Assembly (NCBI RefSeq): GCF_001194135.2 | Contig: NC_068983.1 | Span: 136,769,142 to 136,833,141 of the forward strand | Reading direction: 5' to 3' | Length of the DNA: 64,000 bases | DNA from: Octopus bimaculoides | Lineage: Eukaryota | Shown here: piece by piece, positions 53,071 to 64,000 of the stretch | Numbering within the stretch: position 1 is the first letter of the stretch | Layout: the number at the start of each line of letters is the position of its first letter | Translations under genes and position numbers: made by a program | Notes under the pieces: generated by a model | Database searches by the model: none | The model's input: the letters and a program-made list of their open reading frames with translations, nothing else | Told to the model about the DNA's origin: nothing

Positions 53071-53984
53071 TGTGTGTGTCATCTTCATCATCATCATCAT
53101 TTAATGTCCGCCTTCCATCTTGGTTGACATTTGTCAGATGATATCAGAGATCAAGGGGGAGATAAATGACATTCGCTTCATTAATTTTACGTTGAGATCA
53201 GAACTTTGGGATAAATTGGCCAACAGTTAGAATTCAACTTGGGACTGGAACAATAGAATGATTGCATTGCAGAATTAATTCTCATCTGTCCTTAATCTCT
53301 GATCAAATATCACTAGGGTTATGGTCATTATAGACATATTATAGTCATGCTATTTAGCTCTCTTTAGTTTTCGGCCTCAGACTCAATTAGCCCTCCACAG
53401 GAGCCAGCTTAAAAGTCTACAGTCATTGTTCGTTGTTTGTCTCTCTTCTTTCTCTATAGTAGTAGTTGTCTGTCAACATTACCCAAAACTGATTTTCACC
53501 ACATCAATCTGTATCCTTTTCAGTGAGTTTATATTTTCAGTGAGTTTATATATTGCTTGATTTTAAATTGCTTTTTTTCTGTTGTTACATTTCTTTAGTT
53601 AATATGTGAGCAAATGATGTGTTGGTGTTTATTTGTTTACTTTGCTTCTTTTTGTTGTTACCAACACAAGAATATATGTTTGTGTGTACCTATGGTGATG
53701 CAGACAAACAACAACTGCTTTGAAAAAGGAGAGAACTGTAAACAGACAACAACTGTGTGTGTCTGTTATTAGTTATGAGTCTTCCAAAGTATAACTTTGT
53801 GTGTGGGTGTATGGGTGTGTAAAGAAAGATTTCACTTAGGCATAGTAATACTAATAACCTACTGTTGAAACTTAATATACATATGCTTCAAAATAAAGTC
53901 TTAGGCAAGTACAAATCATAATATAAAATTAACGAAGTGACTAGGCAACAAGAATTATGTAATCAACTTCATTAGCTTACAGCT

Positions 53985-54170
53985 GTCATCATCATCATCA
54001 TCGTTTAATGTTCGCTTTCCATGCTAGTATGGGTTGGACAATTTGACTGAGGACTGGCAAACCAGATGGCTATGCCAGGCTCCAATCTGATTTGGCAGAG
54101 TTTCTACAGCTGGATGCCATTCCTAATGCCAACCACTCCGAGAGTGTAGCGGGTGCTTTTACGTGTCAAA
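53985..54170 (-). mobile_element. RTE tail copy. Further copies at about 50320-50440, 54561-54900, 55080-55240, 60551-60740 (least diverged), 61750-61820
   Basis: catcatcatcgtttaa(t/c)gt(t/c)cgctttccatgct...cagagtttctacagctggatgcc. Confidence 0.85.
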
Positions 54171-54422
54171 ATGCAGTGTACTTAGAGCTGAGTACTTGTG
54201 CATCACCTTATATCTTCTTCGGAGCCTTCAAAATGAAGAGTATGTTTATTTGGGCAAGCTTTTAAATGCATGGAAAAGATCACCTTCAAAAAGATAAAAA
54301 TACATAAGAAATGATATATAGAGTTTGAGGGGAAGAAGCCACTCCTAGAAAAATATGCAGATTTAAATAATCATATGTATATGCATATATGTATATATAT
54401 AAGTGTGTGTGTGTGTGTGTGC

Positions 54423-54467
<45 letters not shown>

Positions 54468-54940
54468 TACATACACACACAGAGAGAGCTAATTAGCATG
54501 ACTATAATACGTCTATAATGACTATATACCCTAGTGGTGTTTGATCAGAGATTAAGGACATCATCATCGTTTAACGTCCGCTTTCCATGTTGGCATGGAT
54601 TAAACGGTTTGACTGAGGCTCAATCTGGTCTGGCAAAGTTTCTACAGCTGGATGCCCTTCCTAATGCCAACCACTCTGAGAGTGTAGTGGGCAGTTCTGG
54701 TAACGGCCACGTTCATGCTCAAAAGGGGTTTTTATGTACTACCTGCATGGGAGCCAGCCTGGCGGCACTGGCAATGACCATGCTCAGATGTTGTTTTTCA
54801 CATACCACCGGCACATGTGCTGGTAAGGTGACGCTGGCTACAATCATGCTTGAATGGTGCTTTGCATGTGTCACCGGCATGGGAGCCAATCCATGGGCCT
54901 GACATATATATATATATTAATCAATGTGTACAGTATTATA

Positions 54941-55045
54941 TATCCATTATGACCGATCTTACTTATCGGTTTCATACTTGAAGTTCAACTGAGTGTTATG
55001 TAACAGTCCAATTATGTAACCCTCCGCTCTTCAGAGAAAGCAGTT
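54941..55045 (-). ncRNA. Type I hammerhead-ribozyme motif, partly decayed
   Basis: CTGAAGA (55034-55028), GAAA (54973-54970), helix III CCGAT/ATCGG with a 7-nt loop, GUC cleavage triplet. Helices I and II are poorly paired. Confidence 0.55.
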
Positions 55046-55243
55046 ATGGAGTGAAATATGACGATAGTATATATATATCATCATCTTCATCATCATCATC
55101 AAATATCTGTCTTCCATGCTAGTATGGGTGGGATGGTACCACAAGAGCCGGCCAGGCCGAAGCCTACATCAGACTTCTGTGACTGTTTTGGCAGGATTTT
55201 TACAGTTGGATGCCCTTCCTAATGCCAATCACTTAGGAGAGTG

Positions 55244-55285
<42 letters not shown>

Positions 55286-56332
55286 TATTCTATATATATA
55301 CAATAGCCAATTGGCAGAGTTATTAGAGCATTGAATTGATTCTCTATGGTAATAGTTCTAGTTCCCTGCATTCTTAGTTCAAATCTCACTGCATTCAACG
55401 TTGCCTTACATCCTCTTGGAATAGATAAATAAGGTGTTAGTTTTGTCTTGGGGTTGATTCTTCTCTTCCTCTCTTTCTGTCTATCTCTCTTCCTGGAGTA
55501 AATTAGCTGTGGTCAGACCTGGAAAGGTATGGCTTCTGGCAGGCCAAAAAGTAACCAAGATATGTCTATGTCACAATGGTATCCCTATGACACCATCAAG
55601 GTATTGAGGGTCCAAGACTTGACATTGCATTTCTTTGTGTGTGAGTGTTTGTGTGGGTGTGTATAATACATGTATGTATATATGTATACGTACATGCACA
55701 CATATATATTATGGTTCTGATTCTTATTTCAGTGACTCTGTCACTCAGGAAGCTAATCCTGAAACACAGGTACATATCTCCTCTCATCTTAACTTTTCGT
55801 TCTTGTTTGTTTCGTTTTCTTAACATATTTACTCTTTAACATCTATAGAGCATGGAGATTTTTGTACTTCTTGACATCATTTTTTCCTTTTGAGAGGAGA
55901 GGGCTGAACCTGAATCCTCATTAGTTTAACTGTTTTCTACTGACACACCTTATCTCTTTTATATCAGACCTTTTAATTCTTGTTTCTTTTTCTATATTTA
56001 TCGTTCCCATTTCTGATTTTATTCTAATATCTAATTTTTAGTGAGAGAATGGACATGAAAGTAACCAGCAGTACAACTTTCAATTAGGTCAAGCCACCTG
56101 GCTGTAATGGGTACCATGGCTTGAGGTAATCAGTAGCAAATCTTTAAAAGTGATGAGTAGTTTATTAATTTGCAGTGCTAGGTTCAGCAATTCTTGTGCA
56201 TACAGCTTTTCAAAGGAAAGACCTCCATCCACCAAGCTGAACTGCCTGATATACTCTGTAGAAGAACCTTTCTACAACCCTCATTTTTATTCTCTCAAGT
56301 TTTCTCTGTCTCATATTGTAAATTTCAAAATT

Positions 56333-56382
<50 letters not shown>

Positions 56383-57915
56383 TTCTACATTGTGATTATT
56401 TTTCAATAGACTTTTTTTTTTTCTTCAAATCTTATCTGTCTAGAACAGTAACTCTGTTGGATTGATATAGTGAAAACCCTTGGAATAGGAATGGCACTCA
56501 CTTGTAATTTTGTCGATTAAGCAACTAGTAAATAATTTTTTCAGTTATTAGGTAAGTTAAACATTTACCCTTATAACATGTTTCATCAGTTAGTGTCAAC
56601 TGATTCAATATTAGATGACAAACTGTTGAGGTGTTTAATTGTCTCTTGGATGCATATATAATTCTATGTGCCTCAGGTTACTTTGATGTCAAGAGTAAGA
56701 ACCAGATTTTCTGAAAGTGATGTGATGGAATAATATTTTATGCACAATGATTTTTAGCTTTCATCCATTTTCAACACTCCCGAATCCAGATATAAGTAGC
56801 ATCTTTATGAGACTTTATGACTCAAAAATATATTATGTTATATTTTATTATATCATAATCATAATTATTTCACATCGTCTTTACATGCTGCATTAGTTCA
56901 ATAGGTTTACTTCAGCATAATATGGTACTACTTAGTGCAGCCTCTTGTCAAATCTTTTATAAAGTCTAGCACATGAGATCAGACTTCCTGTTCTTCTCTC
57001 ATCTTTTCCTTAACTTGAATTGTTTGGCAGTTCATCACTCAACTATTACATGTCTGTGCCAGTACAGTCTTCTATCTTGTAGATGACAGGTGATTCTTCT
57101 GATGCCCTTTTATCCTCTCAGCTCATATGTGTGCTGCTATTCATGCATGCCAACATTACACATTCCTTATTACTTTCCAACCTTCACAACACATCCATAT
57201 TCAGTGCCCATGTCTGTCTCTAAATTTAAAAAAAAAACTAAAAATGCTATGGTTATATTTGAGGAACTCCATGTAGGCATACATGTACACACACATGAAT
57301 ATAAACACACACATACATGCACATATATACATACACACACAAGCCACAAGCATATAACTGTAAATAAAAAGCTGGATAGTGGCCACACTATTTTCATTTT
57401 GATGTGATCACGTTGTTTCCAATATTTTCTATTTTTATGTTGAAGTTTATTTTGCTTTTTTTTCCATTGCCAAAGGAAATTTGGCTGTTTTGTGACATTT
57501 CTTTTATAAGGCAGTATGATTTTAATAATTTTGTTTGAATTTACAGTTCATTATACCCATATATCTTTTTTCATTCATTCTGAAACTTGGTGTAGTAGAA
57601 TGTTGGATAGAAGAATTTTCATATTGTTGGTGAAGCTGTAACTGGTTTTAAAATTGTAAATCTTAAAAAGTTTTCTATATTTGTGGTTTCTAGAGAAGTT
57701 ATTGTTTATTACTCTTGAAAACTTCTTTGCTATGTTAAATTTAGATTAAGTGAGGAAGGGTCATAATCCATGTTATCTTCCAAAACAAAGCATCTCATTA
57801 GGCAGAAACTTAGTAAAATAAATTTTAGAACATAGCTGATTCCAAGAAAAAATCACATACAAACCACCAACAACAGCATACCCCAAAAAGTGACAATATA
57901 TGAATTCATATATAC

Positions 57916-57950
<35 letters not shown>

Positions 57951-58345
57951 NNNNNNNNNNNNNNNNNNNNNNNNNNNNNNNNNNNNNNNNNNNNNNNNNN
58001 NNNNNNNNNNNNNNNNNNNNNNNNNNNNNNNNNNNNNNNNNNNNNNNNNNNNNNNNNNNNNNNNNNNNNNNNNNNNNNNNNNNNNNNNNNNNNNNNNNNN
58101 NNNNNNNNNNNNNNNNNNNNNNNNNNNNNNNNNNNNNNNNNNNNNNNNNNNNNNNNNNNNNNNNNNNNNNNNNNNNNNNNNNNNNNNNNNNNNNNNNNNN
58201 NNNNNNNNNNNNNNNNNNNNNNNNNNNNNNNNNNNNNNNNNNNNNNNNNNNNNNNNNNNNNNNNNNNNNNNNNNNNNNNNNNNNNNNNNNNNNNNNNNNN
58301 NNNNNNNNNNNNNNNNNNNNNNNNNNNNNNNNNNNNNNNNNNNNA

Positions 58346-58432
58346 CATTCCCTGAGGAGAAGTTTACATTTTTAACATCGACGATTCCTATGGATCGCAT
58401 AAATTGTAATTCTTCGAAACATATGTCAGAAT
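58346..58432 (+). ncRNA. Minimal type I hammerhead ribozyme with palindromic helix III
   Basis: CTGAGGA (58352-58358); helix II GAAG.TTAC/GTAA..CTTC; GAAA (58416-58419); ACATATGT palindrome; GUC with cleavage after 58427; helix I ATTC/GAAT with one mismatch next to the core. Confidence 0.75.
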
Positions 58433-58472
58433 AAAGTATGCAGTTATAACATGCGTTTACTCCATTCCTTAA

Positions 58473-58512
<40 letters not shown>

Positions 58513-59225
58513 GATTAATAGTTGATTTCATGTAAAAGTCAACCCCCTATTTTGGGCCAAAAAATTGGGAATTTTCCATACACTCCATATAAAAGCCAAC
58601 CCTAGTATTTCACAAACAACAGAACAACATTCGTGAGCCAAGGTACTGTATTATCCTGTATGTAGAAATAACACTGTTACAAAACTGTGTGGCTACCTTA
58701 CTGTAGCCTGCTCTATAAGTGGAATGCTCAATGCTTATAGTAAAACACCATTTAATTGCATGCACTACACATCTGTTGATGGGTGCTACATTACTATTAC
58801 TAAAATGTATGCACAGGATATGCTGCAAGCCTGCATATATCTTGAAGCACAATAAACACATGCATCATACACTCATTGTTTACATGGAGAGAAACATGTT
58901 TCACAAACAGCACTATTGGCAAACACTGGCAAACCCCACTGTCTGAATCCAAACAAAGCATGACTGTCTGAATTTGTACATAAGCCTAAAAACATTCAAT
59001 TAATTACTAGATCAGTGGTTCCCATGTGACCTTTATATTTTCCTCATCTCCGAACACAATAAACACATGCATCATATGCTCGTCTTTTTACATATACTCA
59101 TTTTTTTACATATGCTTGTCTTTTCACAGACAACACTATTGATGAACAATAGTAAACACTACTGTATGAATTCATACAGAGGACTGACTTCAGTAAACCT
59201 AAAAACATTTAGTTAATCGTTAGAT

Positions 59226-59345
59226 CAGTAGTTCCCAAACTTTTTTTTGCTGCAGAATCCTTTGACATTATTTTTGAAAGCATGGAACCCCTGATAACTT
59301 TCTGGGAAACCTGGGGTTTTGCAGAACACATTTTGGGAACCCCTG
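59226..59345. mobile_element. hAT-type MITE (120 bp)
   Basis: TIRs cagtagttcccaaa and tttgggaacccctg; the 8-bp flanks cgttagat and ctccagat match at only 5/8. Confidence 0.65.
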
Positions 59346-59689
59346 CTCCAGATTAACAACTCTACACCACATTATGGACATTTACTGGTAACTACACATA
59401 AGAGCTATGTGGTCTTGTTTAAGGGTTTTGTTATTTACTAGGACACGTGTTTTGATGCATAGAATTGGTAACATTACTGTAATTCATTGTGTTTTTGTTT
59501 TTATTCACTTAGAGATCAGTTGGGCTTCTGCTGCTGATATGGTACTTCAGATTCTAGCTTGAATTTCAGCCCCTCAAAACATGTAACAGTTGACCCCATA
59601 AATTTGACCTTACAAAATGGTCTAAAAAATTCAACTTTTGCACAAGTATACACAGTATATATATATATGTGTGTTCAATATATAAACAC

Positions 59690-60021
59690 TATTGAACACA
59701 CATACACAAGGTATGTGTTTTGCTAGTTCATGGGTAGGTTGCGCTTGCAGGTGTAAGAGAGTATATTCTCATCAATACATCTGGTGTTAAAACACCTGGA
59801 AGTCATAGACAAATAAGATAACTTGCATTAGATCCCATTCAGGAGTGATGGACATTGATGTTTTATCATTATTGTGACTTGTCAACACCACATACCCTAA
59901 CAAGGCCCGATGCAAGTTAAATCACTATCATATGTTATATGACTATATATTCTCTTATGCCTGTAAATACAGCTTACCCATGAAGTAGCAAAACACATAC
60001 CTTGTGCATGTATGTTCAATA
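59690..60021. mobile_element. MITE with about 75-bp TIRs
   Basis: tattgaacacacatacacaaggtatgtgttttgctagttcatgggta... versus ...tacccatgaagtagcaaaacacataccttgtgcatgtatgttcaata. Confidence 0.8.
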
Positions 60022-60056
60022 TTCTTTATATCCCTTGAGCTGCTTCTAATTCATAT

Positions 60057-60094
<38 letters not shown>

Positions 60095-60098
<4 letters not shown>

Positions 60099-60470
60099 TT
60101 TACTTTTTTTAGTCAGTGGACTGAGACCATGCTGGAACACCACCTTGAAAGGTTTAGTTAATTGGCCCCAGTACTTATTCTTAAGCCAGGTACTTATTCT
60201 ATCAGTTTGCTTTTGCCAAACCACTAAGTTACAGGGCTGTAAACAAACCAACACTGGTTGTCAAGTGGTGGTAAAAGACAAATACAAATGCCATAGACAC
60301 ACACACAGATATAATGGGTTTCTTTGAGTTTCTGTCTGCCAAACTCACCCACAAGGCTTTGGTCGGCCTAGGGCTGCAGTGGAAAACACTTGCCCAAGGC
60401 ACTGCTCAGTAATACTGAACCCAAGACCACATGGTTGGGAAGCTAGCTTCTTACCATACAGCCATGCCTG
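60095..60470 (-). mobile_element. Full-length tRNA-derived SINE with non-RTE tail
   Basis: Minus strand caggcatggctgtatggtaagaag (A box), gggttcagt (B box), core cttgggcaagtg...ccaaagccttgtg, tail aagtaaaagata. Confidence 0.8.
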
Positions 60471-60482
60471 TGGAGTTGGGGA

Positions 60483-60520
<38 letters not shown>

Positions 60521-62506
60521 CATATATATATATACATATGTATTTCATATCATCATCATCATCATCGTTTAACGTCCGCTTTCCATGCTAGCATGGGTTG
60601 GACGATTTGACTGAGGACTGGTGCAACCGGATGGCTACACCAGGCTCCAATCTAATTTGGCAGAGTTTCTACAGCTGGATGCCCTTCCTAACGCCAACCA
60701 CTCAGAGAGTGTAGTGGGTGCTTTTACGTGTCACCCGCACGATATATGTATGTATATATATATATGTGGATGGATGTGTGTGTGTACACACACACACAGA
60801 TATATACATTTGTAAATAATACATACACATGTATATGTTTATATATATGTATATATATGTATATATATGCATACATATATATATTCATATATGTTCATGT
60901 GTGCATGTATGTGTGTGTGTGTGTATCAACAAGGAATATTTTTCAACAAGGAGTACATTTTTTCTTACATTTAGTGGTTTCCTTTATCCAACTTTCTAGT
61001 ATTTCTGCCAACAATCCACCAATCATTAAATTATTTTCTCCTTCTCTCTCTCTCCTCCCTCCATCTCCCTCTCTCTCCCCCTCTCTCTCTCTCTCTCTCT
61101 CTCCATTAATTGCTTTCTTCAAGGACCATAACAAAGTTTAATCATCTTACCATTTAATTTTTCAATTGTTGGTTGCTTAAAAAAATTAATATTTCTTTAT
61201 CAAATGTTTTGTTTTGAGTGTGTCTTACACTGTAACAACTGAAATTTCACTTGTAAATATTCTGCATAATAATGCACTTTGAAAATAGTTTTTTTTTTCA
61301 CTGTAAAACTAATGAAATATATCCTTTGGTAGGAACAGGTTCTAAGTGTAGAATGTGATGTGAAGGTGAAATGACTGGCACTTCTATTCTACATATTTGA
61401 TTCAGGGTTAATTTTGTTTTTTGCTGGAGTTGATTTTACTAATATTTGTACTCAAAAATTATTAATAGTCTTATTTGTTTAGCTATTTTTATGTGTCTAA
61501 ACAAGGCACAAAATTCTGCTTTCTTTGGTCTGTCTTACTAACAACAGTCCCCATTCTTTCTTCATTGTTAAACATTTAGCAAGAGCAAGGGCAACTTGTT
61601 AGAAAAAATATTATTATAAAAGAATTGCAGCAATTGTCACCAGCAACCGTTTCTGTCCACTTTTCATCTTAACATGATTTGCACAGGTTCTTACTATCTG
61701 AATCATTTTTTTATTGGGAGCTGCTGCTCTCATAGACTGGTGTTCATTTATATCATTTGGCTTGGTTCCTACAGCTAGATGTCCTTCCAGTTGCCAACCA
61801 CTTTACAGAATGTATACTGGGTGCATTTTCTTGCAGCACCAACAGTAAAGAAATTGATACGTCCTTAACAAGACATAAATGGAGTATTTATATTTCTATT
61901 AGTTGAAAAGCAGCACTGTCTCATAATCTACTAAGTATATTGGCATGGAAGTTTATTCTCTTGAGTCACTTTACCTCCTTATTGTTGCAAGCAATCACAT
62001 ACAAACATGCACACAAGCACTCCGGGCCAGCTTAATATCATTATGAGCAATGCACTGGAAGCAATAGTATTTATTTATTGATAGCAAGCACAGCACATAT
62101 AGTAATGGAGCCCTAGACCCTTGATGTCTCAAGCACTTTCTTCTACAGTTCAGTGTAGCCATATCTCAAAGTGGAACTACACACGTGCACACACACATGC
62201 ATAAATATGTAAAGATATGAACACACATAAACTCATACAAACATACATATATGTAATATATGTATATTTTCTGTATTATACACTATATTGATGTGTTAAT
62301 GTATGTGTACACATGTATACACATATATTGTATGTACATATTTATATTTCTACTTGTGTGCACATGTGTGTATATATATATATATATATATTTGACATGT
62401 GTATGCATACACACACAAACACACTTATATAAGTATGTCGGTAAGTAGGTATGTATATATGTATGCATGTGTGTAATTTATCTTTATTTCTTGTCTATGC
62501 TTTTAG

Positions 62507-62548
62507 GAACCCTGTCTGCAGATCCAGCATGCTCTCCCTAAGAAATGA
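62507..62548 (+). CDS. Cav1: Putative terminal Cav1 coding exon (EPCLQIQHALPKK-stop)
   Basis: Good pyrimidine tract plus ttttag; phase-0 entry is open to TGA and followed by UTR-like sequence. No conserved motif confirms it. Confidence 0.6.
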   Translation, partial: EPCLQIQHALPKK

Positions 62549-63198
62549 CTGGCTTTTTCCTTATGAAATATAACATCATGAGCAACCACAATCCCAACAG
62601 CAACAAAAGCAACAGCAGCAGAGGAAATTAAATGAAAAAATCTTGTCTTATTTGGTTTGCATTATGATGATGATGATGATGATGAAGATTATGATGAGTA
62701 CGATTTTTGATGATGTTGATAATGATGATGATCATAAGGATGATGATGATGATGATGATGATCATGATGATCATTGATGATTACACATCCGAGATTTTTA
62801 TTATCTGTCATCACTGTGTTGTTGCTGTGACAGCTGCGCTGTCATCATTGTCATCGCCGCCGCCGACAACGACAATGATTCCACCTACCCGTCCACAACC
62901 GACGGATAAAAACTCCACGGACTCCACCCTCCTACCACCACCACTGGTTAACTGAAATTAAATGCAATTTTCCTTCCTTGCCAAACTAAAACCAAAATCT
63001 GAAACCAAATGGAAATCAAACTCAACCAAAACTGAGACGTCTTTGGGGATCATAAGCGACCATCCATGGACAATTTAACAGATGTCGCTTCCTTGTGACT
63101 GAGGCATAGGTGTGGTTGTTGTAAACCAATGGAGTATCTTATGGGTTGGCTAACAGAATTTGTCAACTCCACAAAATAGATAGATGAGCTACCTTCAA

Positions 63199-63230
<32 letters not shown>

Positions 63231-63654
63231 TTGCCTCTAAAGATGTATTTGTGTGCATGTAGTGCATGCACATATGTATGTCTCTTTGCAAACATGCACA
63301 TATCCAATATCTCTCATGTTTGCTTGTGTGTGTGTATATGTGTGTGCATAGATATACATACATGTGCACAACACCTAAACGTCACCACTTTGTGTTATAT
63401 AATTCCACACATAAGCTAATATGTTTGCGCTCACTGAAGAGGCTTTGTGGAAACACCATTACACATGTTCAAAGGCACACACAAATATATGACACCCCTC
63501 ATGCTCCAACACATTGGAATGATCTAAAACTGAAGGAAAAATTTTCTTTTCTAATTTTCTTTTCTAATTTTCTAAAAAAAACAATTAATCCTAACCTTTA
63601 TTATTATTATTATTATCATTATTATTATTTTTATTATTATTATCATCTTCATCG

Positions 63655-63694
<40 letters not shown>

Positions 63695-64000
63695 ATGTGT
63701 GTATTTAAGTGTTTTCAAATATGATCCACAGCCTCGCCGTTCAATTCGAAAAAGGCTTTTGACCTGTTCTTGATGCTGTTAATGGTCAGAGACCATTTTT
63801 TGGAATATCTACCTTTCAGGTCTTAATGCTGACGATGTCAATTTGAGAAGAATATAAACAAAAATATCACTGATAATAATAATAATAATAACAAATAACA
63901 ATGATAATTGAAAACGTGTGGAAAAAATAGAGCATTTTATTTGTGTGTTTGTTGGGGTTTTTTTTAATATTGCTGTAAACAAACAAAAAGAATGTACATT
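62549..64000 (+). other. Putative Cav1 3' UTR with (GAT)n, (TAT)n, (TA)n and (GT)n tracts; appears to continue past the window
   Basis: Follows the putative stop; no recognisable transposon; no AATAAA noticed before the window end. Confidence 0.5.

Larger units (their letters stand above)
25177..58344. other. Assembly gaps (N runs) at about 25177-25354, 44986-45289, 47029-47038, 48421-48688, 57951-58344
   Basis: Runs of N; small exons or parts of elements could be hidden in them. Confidence 0.98.

Noticed and set aside
56575-56630. Minus-strand GAAA-CATG-TT with a helix II-like stem
   Set aside because: No CUGANGA core and no helix I.

Overview
AT-rich, microsatellite- and transposon-dense eukaryotic genomic DNA with five N gaps. 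The repeat content points to an octopus/coleoid cephalopod scaffold (inference). The + strand carries the 3' end of one L-type voltage-gated calcium channel alpha-1 gene (Cav1, CACNA1C/D family). Ten phase-compatible coding exons run from 1342 to about 62548 and encode the pre-IQ region, IQ motif, PCRD, a long low-complexity linker, the QAMAVAG block, the DCRD and a putative terminal exon, followed by a 3' UTR. The introns hold a maT (DD37D) element, a Tc1-like element, a truncated Gypsy with its 3' LTR, three Penelope-like fragments, RTE LINE pieces, tRNA-derived SINEs and several foldback/MITE-like hairpins. The two leading candidates are (i) two hammerhead-ribozyme motifs in short elements beside (TA)n tracts in the last Cav1 intron, one of them sense to the pre-mRNA, and (ii) a pair of small candidate exons that keep the frame only when included together, while either alone gives an immediate stop that removes the distal C-terminal regulatory domain. 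All calls were made by eye; no searches or folding programs were run.
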